A DNA stretch of 64,000 nt. Origin: Macrostomum hystrix. Its lineage: Eukaryota > Animalia > Platyhelminthes. Shown here piece after piece: positions 1-12,583 of this stretch (its first letter is position 1; every line of letters starts with the position of its first letter). Position numbers and translations under genes: made by a program. The stretch covers positions 3,519,861 to 3,583,860 of the forward strand of contig CATNEN010000031.1 in assembly GCA_950097015.1 (NCBI GenBank), read 5' to 3'. The notes under the pieces were generated by a model. It searched no databases, was not told the origin of the DNA, and saw only the letters and a program-made list of their open reading frames with translations.

Positions 1-903
1 TTGTGGTCCAAATAGATCACAGCTTTATAATATTAATAGTGATGTGTCATAAGCTCAAGGTAATTATTTCAAATTCTTATTTTTATAAGTCAATAAAATG
101 CACTTTGGAAGGCTCACCTCTGCATTTTGCTCATTCCAAATGGCAGAGCTTATTCTTGCTGAAGACATTTTTTATTTTGATTGATACTTTTAATATAAAT
201 TTTAAAAGATGTGAAAGTCAAGGACAAGGAAGATATCAAAGAAGTGTAAGATACAGTTTAAAATGTCAACGAAGTAATATTTACGAATACACAATTTGAA
301 CGTAATAAGCGTAACGCAAGATCTTCAACACTTTAGCTTAAAAAGTGAGTCAAGTTTAAAAAGCTAATCTTTATTTGAAAAAAATATTTTAAGGCTTTTT
401 GAAAACTAACCGATTTTTGTCATTTTAAACTAAGTATGTTTATAGCCACTAAGACGTTTGAATTTCGCAAAAGATGCTTGCTGATCAAAAGACCTTTACA
501 TTTTTTATTAATAAAAATGTTAACGAACTTAGTCTCGGTTTGGAAAATAATCTTGGCTTTAAAGTTGTCGTTGTGACATGATGAGTTAACGTGATGTGAA
601 TATACTATTCAAGATTTTAGGTTAGAAATTCACCGTTCCTCTTAACTTATGAATGTCTGCTTAGAATTTTAAAGTTCTCCGTGAATCTGAATAATCTGTT
701 GTATTTTTCAAGCTATAATGTTTTTTGAAATAGTAATATATATTATTTTGTAGATTATTTCCTTTTCTTACAATTTTACATTCGGTATATTAGATTCGAT
801 AGATTTGGTATATCGATTGCTCCCTGCTTAGTCTCACGCTGGCGTAACATTCAGGAGCAAAAATTATTAGTTTAAACAAAAAGGTCTAGCCATAAAATTT
901 AAA

Positions 904-3900
904 ATGATTCACAGCATTTTTGTAATTAACAACTCTGGGTAAGTTTTTTTTATAGTTATTATTCTTTTTAGCTAAGTTGTCATTACCTACATGGCTACAA
1001 GAGCCTCTAAAGGTATTTCTCATCTTAGAAGTACAAAGAAAGTGTAAGGCCTGGTTCAGTTTTTACTAATTTGCTACTTTCAATTTTTAACACTTTCTTA
1101 TACAATTTTCTGATGTAAACTATTACTGTAAGTTGAATTTGTGTTGGCTATTCTGCTTAAGTATTGCATTGTTCTTTATAGCTACACTAGCTTCAATCAC
1201 AAGGTAGACAAATAAATATTTTTATCTATATGAGACCTTCTTATTCTGTGAATTGATTTTTGCTTAGAATCAATGTCATAACTATTTTAGAGTCAAAACT
1301 TTAGCAACAATCAGCAAATCATTTCCACAGAGTGTAATTTAATGCCTCTATTTTTGGAAAATACCTAAAATACACCTCAAAAGTTTACTTTCTTCTCTAA
1401 AATGGTATAAGCTATCTCCTAGTTAGCAAATCAGGCTTATTTTACCTTTTTGGCAGACTTCCACATAAGATGTAAATTTTTTATAGCTAGAAAAATTTCC
1501 CACAAGGAGGGTAGGCAGAATTTTGATCAGTGCATAAATTTCCATTTCGTTGTTCTTCTTTGGTATGTTAAGTTGTTCAAATAATTTTAAATCCTATGAC
1601 CTGATTATATATTTTTTGCTGAAGATCAGATCCTGAATAATACCTTTATGGATATTTATTTGTTTCTTTCTTTAGTGACATTTTCTTGGAGAAGCACTAC
1701 AAGCGTGTCATTCCAAAATCTATATGTGACTATTTCTTTGAAGAAGTTACAAAGGTGAGTCCTTAATTTACATTGAAATACATTTTTGTGAATTCGTAAA
1801 AGACATGTGACATATATGTTATATATATAACATTTGGATATTTTTTGATTGCTTAGCCTTTTGTTAAGCAACTCTTTAAGACTTAAAGATTTTACTGTCT
1901 ATCTATTTTCAGACATCCACGCCGGAGAATGTTCCACCGGTGATTCAGACGCCAAATCACATACTGATTAGCATCTTTCGGGCCCAGGTGCACTTTGTTG
2001 CCGTCTGCAAAAGCGAAGTGCCGCCACTTTTTGTAATTGAATTTCTTCACCGCCTGGCCGATATAATTAAAGACTACTTCGATGAGGTTTCTGAGTCGAC
2101 TATAAAGGACAATGTCGTTATTGTCTATGAGGTGAGAGAATTGAAGAGGTCTATAAATTAGGAGCTTGGCTACATGTGAGCTCCAAGCCACGCAGCTTGT
2201 GGGAAGCATGTCCGTGAACTTGGCCATGACCGTGAACTTGACGCCACCCCTCCTTGACTATTTGAGGTCTGCAAGTAGCGTGTTATTACCATTATTGCGG
2301 TTCGATTTCGTTAGAGCCTGACTGTTATATTCGCATCCATAGCTAGAAGTTCAAAAGAGAAAGTGAAGCCTAACCTACCGTAGTTACCTGGGAGTCAGTG
2401 ATAGCCTAACCTGCCGTAGTTACCTGGGAGTCAGTGATAGCCTAACCTGCCGTAGTTACCTGGGAGTCAGTGAATGCCTAACCTAACGTAGTTACCTGGG
2501 AGTCAGTGACTGCCTAACCTAACGTAGTTACCTGGGAGTCAGTGAATGCCTAACCTAACGTAGTTACCTGGGAGTCAGTGATAGCCTAACCTGCCGTAGT
2601 TACCTGGGAGTCAGTGACTGCCTAACCTACCGCAGTTACCTGGGAGTCAGTGACTGCCTAACCTACCGCAGTTACCTGGGAGTCAGTGACTGCCTAACCT
2701 GCCGTAGTTACCTGGGAGTCAGTGATAGCCTAACCTGCCGTAGTTACCTGGGAGTCAGTGACTGCCTAACCTACCGTAGTTACCTGGGAGTCAGTGACTG
2801 CCTAACCTAACCTAGTAACCAGGGAGTCAGTGACTGCCTATCCTACCGCAGTTACCTGGGAGTCAGTAATAGCCTAAACTACCGCAGTTACCTAAGAGTC
2901 AGTGACTGCCTAACCTGCCGTAGTTACCTGGGAGTCAGTGACTGCCTAACCTAGCGTAGTTACTTGGACGACCCTGACACTAAGAGTGCCGATAGTATTT
3001 TATTTTGTGATAACGTGCTAACCGCCCAGTCACTCTGATTTACATCTAAACCATTGAAAAGCTCCTAGACGAAGTGCTAGACAATGGATTCCCGCTAGCC
3101 ACCGAGCCCAACATCCTCAAGGAGCTGATTCGGCCGCCCAACCTGCTTCGCAGCCTGGCTGACACAATGTCCGGCCGCAACTCCACAGTGTCAGTTACCC
3201 TACCAACCGGCCAGCTATCCAACATACCCTGGCGTCGCAGTGGCGTCAAGTACGCCAACAATGAAGCCTACTTTGACATTGTTGAAGAGCTGGACGCTAT
3301 AATTGACAGGTCTGGCGGCACAGTTTCCGCCGAGGTGCACGGCAGCATTGACTGTCTAATTAAGCTGTCCGGAGTGCCAGATCTAACTCTCAGCTTTGTG
3401 AATTCTCGCCTCATCGAGGATGCCAGCCTGCATCCGTGCGTGCGGCACAGTCGCTTCGAAGCTGAACGCTTATTGAGTTTTGTGCCGCCAGACGGTAGCT
3501 TCCGGCTGATGGGCTATAGGGCTAGTTGCCATGGCAACCTGCCAGTGCCAATCGATTTGCGCCATTCGATCAGCTTTAAACAGACCGGTGAGTAAATATT
3601 TTGCATAAGTTATAGATTAGGTATGTTGTTGCCAGTGGTGGAATCACGACTTGAAGGTCGGCGGTTCGATTCCCGACTCCTATGGTACAATTTGTTTCCT
3701 TCATCAAAATTGAGGGTGTGTGTGGCGTCCGATCAGTCCATGGACTGAAAAGCCGTACGCAGGCTTGGCTGCGCCGCGCAAGGGCTGCAGTGCTGCCGGC
3801 TGCCCGGTTGAGGCAGATGTAATCAATTATTTTTTTAGTAATTTAGTGCTCGCAATTTAGCTGTGAGGTCTGGAGCTCGAATCTCAGACAGTCGAAAGAA

Positions 3901-5847
3901 ATCATTTTCTTGAGCAAGAGTTCAGTTCGTCGAATTGTAAAATGGTATATTGGTTTGCCTGCCTTTAGTGCGGGTTGTATTGCGCGGGCCGGTCATTCAA
4001 TCGAAGGGGGCCGCGACCGAAGCCACAGCTACGATAGAACTCAGTTTTTTTATTTCTTCAAACTCATTCGGTCGTCTCTCAGGAGGTAGTGGCGGCCGCC
4101 TGGACCTGACAGTCACGCCCAGACTGCCTTCGGGTCGTCAGCTAGAGGAACTGGTGCTGACTATCCCGATGCCGCGCGCAGTGTCCGGCGTCAGCCTGGC
4201 GGCCAGCGTCGGCAAGTACAGCTTCGACGGCGCCAGCCGAACCCTGGTGTGGAATGTGGGCCGGACCGACGCCCAGAAGGGCGTTGCTCCGCTCAGTCTG
4301 CGTGGAACGGTGAGAAAAAAGTCTTTATGTTGCGAATACTTTTTTGTTTGCCCCGATGCTTTCAAACTGGCTTAACCTTAGCTTCAGGTCTGAGTTTTCA
4401 CTTTAACCCTTCTGCTGCTTCTGCTTCTTTCATCCTTTAGGACTGTTACTTTGATCCTTTAGGACAGATTATTTGATAGTTCAGGACAGTTTATTTGATA
4501 GTTCAGGGCTGTTCCTCCGATACTTCAGGACTGTTCTGCTGATACTTCAGGACTGTTCTTCTGATACTTCAGGACAGATTATTTGATAGTTCAGGACTGT
4601 TCCTCCGATACTTCAGGACTGTTCCTCTGATACTTAGGACTATTCTTCTGATACTTCAGGACTGTTCCTCTGATACTTCAGGACAGATTATTTGATAGTT
4701 CAGGACTGTTCCTCCGATACTTCAGGACTGTTCCTCTGATACTTCAGGACTATTCTTCTGATACTTCAGGACTGTTCCTCTGATACTTCAGGACTGTTCC
4801 TCTGATACTTCAGGACTGTTCCTCTGATACTTCAGGACTGTTCCTCTGATACTTCAGGACTGTTCCTCTGATACTTCAGGACTGTTCCTCTGATACTTCA
4901 GGAATGTTCCTCTGATACTTCAGGAATGTTCCTCTGATCCTCCCTGAATCTTTAATAACCTATGTCCGTTGGATCATTGATTTCTTTCAGCTCTTAATCC
5001 AAACCGGAGCTCAGGTGCCTGATTGTCGGCCAAGCATTCTAGTCAGTTTCAGCATCACCGGCTGGACCATCTCCGGCTTGAAGGTCAACCGGCTAGATTT
5101 GCACGGCGAGGTGAGCTCTCTTGGTATCATTATTTTATTTTTATTTGCCTTTCGTTATGCGCTTCATCGATGAGCTACTTACAGTAGTATGAAATTAATA
5201 ATTTTCGTGGTTACCTACAGAGCAAGCCGGTACTGCATCAGAACACTTCGGTAGGCGCGCTATATTTTTGTGGCCTTTGTAGTCTCATTTTCCTCCGCTT
5301 CTAACTGCTTACTTGCGTCCTTATAAGTTATCGATTGATTATTGTTGCTCCATTACATTCATTTAGAGCTTTACAAGCAGATAAGGATTTCTTAACTATT
5401 CGATTTCTTTAAAACTTGTATCCGGTGCTGTTTTCGGTTGATGACTTTCATTGTTTCATTTACTAATTTTTACGAAGTGAAACGATTAGCGGCGTGTCCT
5501 AATGTTACTTTAACTATTGGAAACAATGGCTTTTATCTAATCCAGATTGCACGATCAAAGTTTAATGTGTACTTTGGGGAGAGCTTTGAACTTCTGACAG
5601 AGGGGTCGGGCGTTCGAAACTCATTCCAGATAGTGAAATTTAAATGGGCGTGTCTTCCCGCAGTCCACGGACTGACCAGTGTTGTACACAGCTCACAATA
5701 ACTGCCGCTGTGCCACTGGCCTGTGTGTGTTTCCCTATTCTATTCTATTGGTTCCACCCAAACATATCCGTCGAATTTCAGAAGTACAAACCGTTCAAAG
5801 GTGTGAAATATGTGACCAAAGCAGGCAAGCTGGAGTTCAGGACATGA
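904..5847 (+). CDS. AP3M1: AP-3 complex subunit mu (7 coding exons, 423 aa)
   Basis: Exons 904-938, 1676-1754, 1913-2131, 3062-3587, 4083-4309, 4991-5110 and 5782-5847 are all GT-AG and join in frame (1272 nt). Translation MIHSIFVINNSGDIFLEKHYK...LLDEVLDNGFPLATE...NEAYFDIVEELDAIID...KYKPFKGVKYVTKAGKLEFRT matches the adaptor medium-chain mu3 family. Confidence 0.96.
2370..2965 (+). repeat. 36-bp minisatellite (~16 copies) in AP3M intron 3
   Basis: Unit ~cctaacctaccgtagttacctgggagtcagtgactg; period 36 checked (2405 to 2441). Confidence 0.95.
3625..3835 (+). mobile_element. tRNA-derived SINE family A, internally deleted copy
   Basis: B-box ggttcgattccc. Shares acttgaaggtcgg.ggttcgatt, ttgagggt.ggtgtggcgtc and cagtccatggactga with the copies at ~51.3 kb and ~63.9 kb. 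Confidence 0.75.
4440..4940 (+). repeat. 22-bp minisatellite (~22 copies) in AP3M intron 5
   Basis: Unit ttcaggactgttcctctgatac. Confidence 0.95.
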
Positions 5848-6339
5848 GATTAGCAGCAGCAGCAGCAGCAGCAGCGGTACCATTCTGCAGCATTGGTACA
5901 ATGTTCTGTATTTTATTTTGTAACTCTTTAACATGCGCCTAAATATTATCTTGTCATTAAATCAGTTTTAAAGTGCTTTTCAAACGCCTCTTTTAATTAT
6001 TTTCGTGGATACAGAGTTGATTAGATCTGATTAAAAATTCTGTTGTCAAAATGCAGTTATGGTGCTGATTAACACATGTTGTGCATCTATTTATATTTGT
6101 ATCTGATTATTTTCCTTATACTCCTATACAAGTATGTGCCTCTTAATTGTTTCATTTCCAAAACTCCAAGCAAAATATTTTATTTCCTTCTTTATATTCC
6201 TCTTACATTGTCTAAATTTTCCTGTGGTGAATATGGCTTTCTTTTTTTGTTTGATTTTCTCTTTTTCTCTTAATGCGTCTTATTTACTGCATATATTTTT
6301 ATTTCCAAACACTAATTGCACATTTCCACATATTGTGAT

Positions 6340-7735
6340 ATTTCTTCTGTGGGATATTTCCTCCCTCCAGTGTGTGGGATATGATCTCTCCCTTCAGTGT
6401 GTGGGATATGATCTCTCCCTTCAGTGTGTGGGATATGATCTCCTCCATCCAGTGTGTGGGATATTTTCTCCTTTATCCAGTGTGTGGGATATTATCTCCT
6501 CTATCCAGTGTGTGGGATATTATCTCCTTTATCCAGTGTGTGGGATATGATCTCTCCCTCCAGTGTGTGGGATATGATCTCTCCCTCCAGTGTGTGGGAT
6601 ATTATCTCTCCCTTCAGTGTGTGGGATATTATCTGCTCCATCCAATGTGTGGGATATTATCTCTCCATCCAGTGTGTGGGATATGATCTCTCCCTTCAGT
6701 GTGTGGGATATGATCTCTCCCTTCAGTGTGTGGGATATTATCTCTCCCTTCAGTGTGTGGGATATGATCTCTCCCTTCAGTGTGTGGGATATGATCTCTC
6801 CCTTCAGTGTGTGGGATATGATCTCTCCATCCAGTGTGTGGGATATTATCTCTCCCTTCAGTGTGTGGGATATGATCTCTCCCTCCAGTGTGTGGGATAT
6901 GATCTCTCCATCCAGTGTGTGGGATATTATCTCTCCCTTCAGTGTGTGGGATATGATCTCTCCCTCAGTGTGCGGGATATGATCTCTCCATCCAGTGTGT
7001 GGGATATGATCTCTCCATCCAGTGTGTGGGATATTATCTCTCCCTTCAGTGTGTGGGATATGATCTCTCCCTTCAGTGTGTGGGATATGATCTCTCCATC
7101 CAGTGTGTGGGATATGATCTCTCCCTTCAGTGTGTGGGATATTATCTCTCCCTTCAGTGTGTGGGATATTATCTCCTCTATCCAGTGTGTGGGATATGAT
7201 CTCTCCCTTCAGTGTGTGGGATATGATCTCTCCCTTCAGTGTGTGGGATATTATCTCTCCCTTCAGTGTGTGGGATATGATCTCTCCCTTCAGTGTGTGG
7301 GATATGATCTCTCCCTTCAGTGTGTGGGATATTATCTCTCCCTTCAGTGTGTGGGATATGATCTCTCCCTCCAGTGTGTGGGATATTATCTCTCCCTTCA
7401 GTGTGTGGGATATGATCTCTCCCTCCAGTGTGTGGGATATGATCTCTCCATCCAGTGTGTGAGATATTATCTCTCCCTTCAGTGTGTGGGATATGATCTC
7501 TCCCTCCAGTGTGTGGGATATTATCTCTCCCTCCAGTGTGTGGGATATTATCTCTCCCTTCAGTGTGTGGGATATGATCTCTCCCTTCAGTGTGTGGGAT
7601 ATGATCTCTCCATCCAGTGTGTGGGATATGATCTCTCCCTTCAGTGTGTGGGATATGATCTCTCCCTTCAGTGTGTGGGATATGATCTCTCCCTTCAGTG
7701 TGTGGGATATGATCTCTCCCTTCAGCTTGTGGGAT
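6340..7735 (+). repeat. 27-bp minisatellite (~50 copies), intergenic between AP3M and enkurin
   Basis: Unit cagtgtgtgggatatgatctctccctt; it generates the spurious LQCVGYDLS and SVWDMISPF ORFs. Confidence 0.97.
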
Positions 7736-8703
7736 CTCCGCTTAAAAAATCCTGAAATGTACTATAGTTATCATTCATTAAGCATTCATATTTTTAAAGA
7801 AACAGTTTTTTGTCTTTTTTGTCCAAGTGATATATATTTCTCTTTCCTATTATATATGCTGCGTTTTATTTCGTTTTTCGCCTGTCTCAGCTGTCTTCAT
7901 TTTATATTTTACACTTTATAGCTAAATTCTGCGCTCTATGCTTTTATGTTGTCAGTCAGTAGCCAGTTTTTTGAGAAAACAAAAATAAACAGGTTGACCT
8001 GAGAAGAACTATTATTTGATCATTGCTTTGATCGCCGTAATGGAAATACATGATAAAGAAAATAGAAATAATATTCGTTTTGTTTAATAAAACCTTTCTT
8101 CATGTACTTTTATTTTCGATTTCATAATAATTTTAATTTAACATACAAGAAAATGTAGCATGTGAAATCATGTTCTGTATATAGTGCCGTTTAAGAGGAT
8201 AACTGTTTTGTTTTGCAGCAGGCCACACCCACTATATAGCAAGACAACGAGCTACAGCTGCCCCCTTCGCATTGTTTATGCAGAATTTTAGCACTGGAAC
8301 AATTCTTAGAAAACCCAGTAAAAGATTCACAAGGGAAAATTCACTCTTTGAAATCGTAACGAAGAAAGGCTCTCGCCATAAGAGCGAAAGTATCGATAGA
8401 TTATATGTACTTTCAGGGATTTCTAGAGGCGAACGCGTGCAGACGCTCAAACCCAGCTCAAGTGAGTAGTGAGCTTACAATACTCGTACTCAGATGACGA
8501 AAATAACCAGGCGAAAAAATCGGAGCCTATGCCTTTGAACAGATTATTAAAGTACAGAAAGTTAAGTCGGACATATTCTAAGAAACGTGCCAATTGATAT
8601 CGGCCAGTCCGATTCAATTCTGGCGTCTGTTTGTTGCCCATTAGCGTAACTAGAGAAAATTAATTTCGAACAAAATAAATTAAGAGTAGTGTCCGGGGCG
8701 GTG

Positions 8704-10402
8704 TCAGTTGGCCAAGTAGATCACCTGGTGACGCTCCATCAGTTCAATGTCGCGTTCCAGCTGCTTCATCTCGCTCTCGATGCGCTCCTTGCGGTTCTTC
8801 TTGGGCACTGTGTCTGTCATGACGCTGAGCGACTGGTACTGATGGTGCAGCTCCTCCCAGTTCTTCTTCAGGCCGAACACGATCGCCTGCCGCTCCTCCT
8901 CCGTCAGCTGCTGCATCGTGCCGCGCCGCTTCATCTCCTTAACGTAGTTGTCGTACTCCTCTTGGGCGCGCCGGATCTCGTCGGCGCGCTTCTTCAGGTA
9001 CTCCGGCACCTCGCCGTAGTCCTTGCGGTTCCGGTAGACCGGCTCCAGGCCGCTGGGATCGAGGGGAAACTTGTCGCCGTGGCGCGTGTCAACCAGATTC
9101 TTCTCGGGCTTCTTGGCAACAGACAGGATGTTCTCGACTGCGTTCTGCGCAATGAAATTCTTCTTGGTCTTGATGCCCATTACTGGGGGCGCGTCCGTTG
9201 ACTTTGGCACAGGCGGCCGGCGGGGCCCACTTGACCTGTCCTGCTCATTAGGGTCAACGACCGCTGCAGAAGAGGTTGGAGATTGTAATTAATATTACCA
9301 TTATTCGTTTCAAAGGTAATCGCCACTCACCAACTGGCGGCTTGGTCTCTCTGGTGTGCTTCTTCAGAAATTCATTGGGCTGCGGCACGGGAACCTGGGC
9401 CTCGCCCATGGTCCTGTGCGCGTACCGGTTGGCTGCGTACTCATCCTTCACGTTGGACTTGAACCTAGACTGGTGCCTAAAATTAAATTAATGTTTCGGT
9501 GGAATCTTAACTAATCGAGGCTAGATCAAATGATCTACATACTTTTAATTTTCTTAGATGAAATATCCTTTTTTGCACCTAATAAATTCTCAAGAGTAGT
9601 TTTAGTAATATAAAATATATTCACACCTAGACTTTGAGATTTAGACACAAGTTTCATTTATACTATCTAATACAAATGCGTTTAGATTAAAAAACAAATG
9701 CTTTAATTCCCTGAATTTGTGATTCGCACATTAAACAAAAAATATTTTACTCATTGTTTCAAAAGAAAAAAATATAGTTTCTTCTGTTTTTCATAAATAA
9801 CTTAAAATTTAGATAATTTAGAGCAAATATATGAATATAAGTAGATTTTCTTTTAGTGTAAAGAAAGCAGTTTTATTACTTCAATGAAATACAACTTCAT
9901 AATACTCATACGCTCATAGTAAAAAATTCTCAATCAGTGGAATTATACACTTTAGCTCTAGATACACTATAAACATATATTTATGTTGTTGTTTATATTT
10001 TATATTTAAAAGTTAACGCTTCAAATTTAAGCAAATTTTTTTCGAAAGTCCTTCACAACCGTAAAATACATTTCTCTAAGCTTTGGTAAGTTAAACCTAT
10101 GCTATTGTGTTTATGGAAACAAACTGTTGTGAGAAAATTGATACTGAAAAATCGTTGTATTTCTAATTGCTTTTATGATCACTATACATATCTGAAAAAA
10201 ATGCAATCAGATTGACAAACTGATATACAGGCCCTTCAATCTAAAGTAAAATCTATATTTTATAAACGTAATTAAGCTAGTTAGGCTTTCGAATAATAGT
10301 ATTCACTTCAAGCAGATATTAAGATACTTACTTCGGTGGCTTAGCTGCTGCGACTTCCTGGCGAGGAATCAAATTGTAGATATTTTCTGTATGGCTGCTC
10401 AT
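8704..10402 (-). CDS. ENKUR: Enkurin (3 coding exons, 258 aa)
   Basis: Exons 10402-10332, 9476-9331 and 9263-8704 are GT-AG and in frame (777 nt). Translation MSSHTENIYNLIP...RTMGEAQVPVPQPNEFLKKH...KNFIAQNAVENI...DYGEVPEYLKKR...GLKKNWEELHHQYQSLSVMTDT...ERHQVIYLAN is the enkurin signature. Confidence 0.95.
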
Positions 10403-12379
10403 CTTTGCTTTCGAAGAGTAAATCAATGCGAAAGATAAAAAGTGTTTTTGAATCCAGAACGCGGTAAAGTTAGTAATTTTAAACTTATTTAAAATAGGTT
10501 TTAAACTATTTGCAATTTGCTTAGATACTGAACTCATTTTATGCTTAAACAAGATTATTTTATTACAACAAGAAATTATTATATTGTAGCAAAATATATC
10601 AGATTTACAACTTAATTTAAACATCCTAGAAAAAAATATTTTTACATTTTGTTTTACTTAATAGTAGCAAACACTCCGCGTAAAGGGGAAACCCGGAGTA
10701 GGATTAGATATTCGTAATATTCTATATATTCGTTAGTTTATTTTTCTGAAAAAAGGATCAGTATCATTTCTGCTTCAATATTATATTACATTACATCTCA
10801 AGATTCTAAATTACACCAAGAGTTCCACAAATCTAAGTGTTTTATTAGAAGAAGTTGCAATTAGTTCTCTACAAAGTAAAAGCAGCATGAGTTCTAGAAA
10901 AAAATATTTCGACGCATATAATTCGTATAAATATTAGCATTTAAACAATATTCGGCATAGGCTAACTTTATTTCTTTGTGCGCGTGTTGCTGTATGTGAT
11001 GTGCACATTACAGCATGTTTTGGTTTCTGACGTGGCTTTTATCGAGGTGTTAAAGCTTGTCCAACTACTCAAAAATCCAAATGATCGAGCAGCTGCATCT
11101 TATATGCGGATAGTCGTATTTGTCAGTTTTCCAACGCCTTAAATGCTCAGTACATGTAAGGATGCACTTTCTGATGAGTGATACAATCAAAACTTTTCAA
11201 GACAATGATTGGAAAACCCCGAATATATTTTTCAATCCCTCCGGACCCATCCATCCCTTCTCGATCCCCTGTCTCATCCATCCCACTGTCGTCTCATCTC
11301 TCCTTTATTTTTATCTTAGCCGTCTCAAATCCCACCCTGTCCCATTTGCCTATGGGACTCAATTTCTATTCTTATCTTATACCTCTTTAATAATGACAGA
11401 TGCAAAGGATTCATATCCTGCTGGCTAGCTTGTTTGGAGGCGAGGAAAAAGTTAAAACACAAAAATTTCCCGCTTCCAGGCAGCCTCTACAACGATATTC
11501 ACTTAATAGTCTACTGCCTTATTAATTTAGACAGTTTAAATCAGTAAAGAAAGTGATCGGAAACTGCTAAACACTGCAAGACTTGTCGAGTTTGAGTACA
11601 TATAATGCAGTGAAATCAGATGAGAATAAACTTAGGATCACCAGGTAACCGGAGCCAATTAATGATGAGATGACAATTGTGCGCCATCAAGGCTAATTAA
11701 GAGACTAATTACAAGAAGCGGCAAGCCAAAGAAATCGTTGTAGGAAAAAAGCTGACAAAAACTCCGCCAGTAATTTGGGTTTCTGAGGTCGGGTTCACCT
11801 CCTCAGGCTGCTTTCACTTAATTTGCAGAAAAAAATTCCACCTTTACGGCCCACGAAGCACGATGGCCTGTGTTCCCTTCCGATGCTATTTTTTGCCTAA
11901 TCAGAATTATTTCCCCATTTTTAGTCTTCTCCTTATGGCGGAGCTGTCATGCAAACTGCAGCTTCCCTACTGCAGCCTCGTCATCATCTTTATCCGTTTT
12001 CTTGGCGGGATTTTTCTCCTCCTCTACAAAGAAACTGTATCTGGTCCCGTCTCTTTTTTCCTTGCTCCCGGGCCAGATCCCTGCTTTTTTCTGCAACCCA
12101 CATCGTCCCTATATAGCTTCCATTGAGGACTGGGATTTCAGGCCAGCTTAATTATGCGCTTTGGCGGCAAGGCCAACTCCCAAACCGCCAAGGGTCTCTC
12201 TGAAGTTTTTCCGCCGCAAAACTGGCGCTCGCTTTCCTTTCTCTCTCTCTCTTCCTCAAGCAGCCGCAATGTCTGCTCCGCAATAGTCGGCTCGACTGGA
12301 GGGGACGGAGGGAGGGGGGTTGGCGGGCCTTTTGGGGACGTGTCGAGACAAGAAGAAGCGTCTCAACCATGATCCACCC

Positions 12380-12430
12380 GCCGGAAGCCGTCCCGCCAGC
12401 CCATTGGTCGCCGCATCCAGCCAATCGGAG
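12380..12430 (+). promoter_or_regulatory. Candidate proximal promoter of the zinc-finger gene (paired CCAAT boxes, ETS/GC-box-like motifs)
   Basis: ATTGG at 12403-12407 and CCAAT at 12421-12425, with ccggaag and tcccgcc nearby, ~160 bp upstream of ATG 12584. Motif match only. Confidence 0.35.
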
Positions 12431-12583
12431 CTCGCTTCGAACGGAGATTCTGGCGGCACAGCTAGACAGCCATAGACGAAGATAAATGCATTTTAAAATC
12501 GAGACCAGCTCCTCACTGTCTGCTTTGTAGCCAAACCTCTGTCTCCCTGTGTCATCTTTCCTCGCTATCTCGAGAGCGTCATC

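Noticed and set aside
6372-7921. Long ORFs (up to 433 aa) of LQCVGYDLS / SVWDMISPF repeats
   Set aside because: They result from a 27-bp (multiple of 3) minisatellite with no stop in some frames; there is no coding context.
8689-9201. 170-aa plus-strand ORF
   Set aside because: It is the antisense shadow of the GC-rich enkurin exon. Similar shadows occur opposite the XPNPEP, GST and SR exons.
9561-9575. ATATCCTTTT U12 donor-like motif
   Set aside because: It is on the plus strand inside a minus-strand enkurin intron, with no associated exon or branch site.
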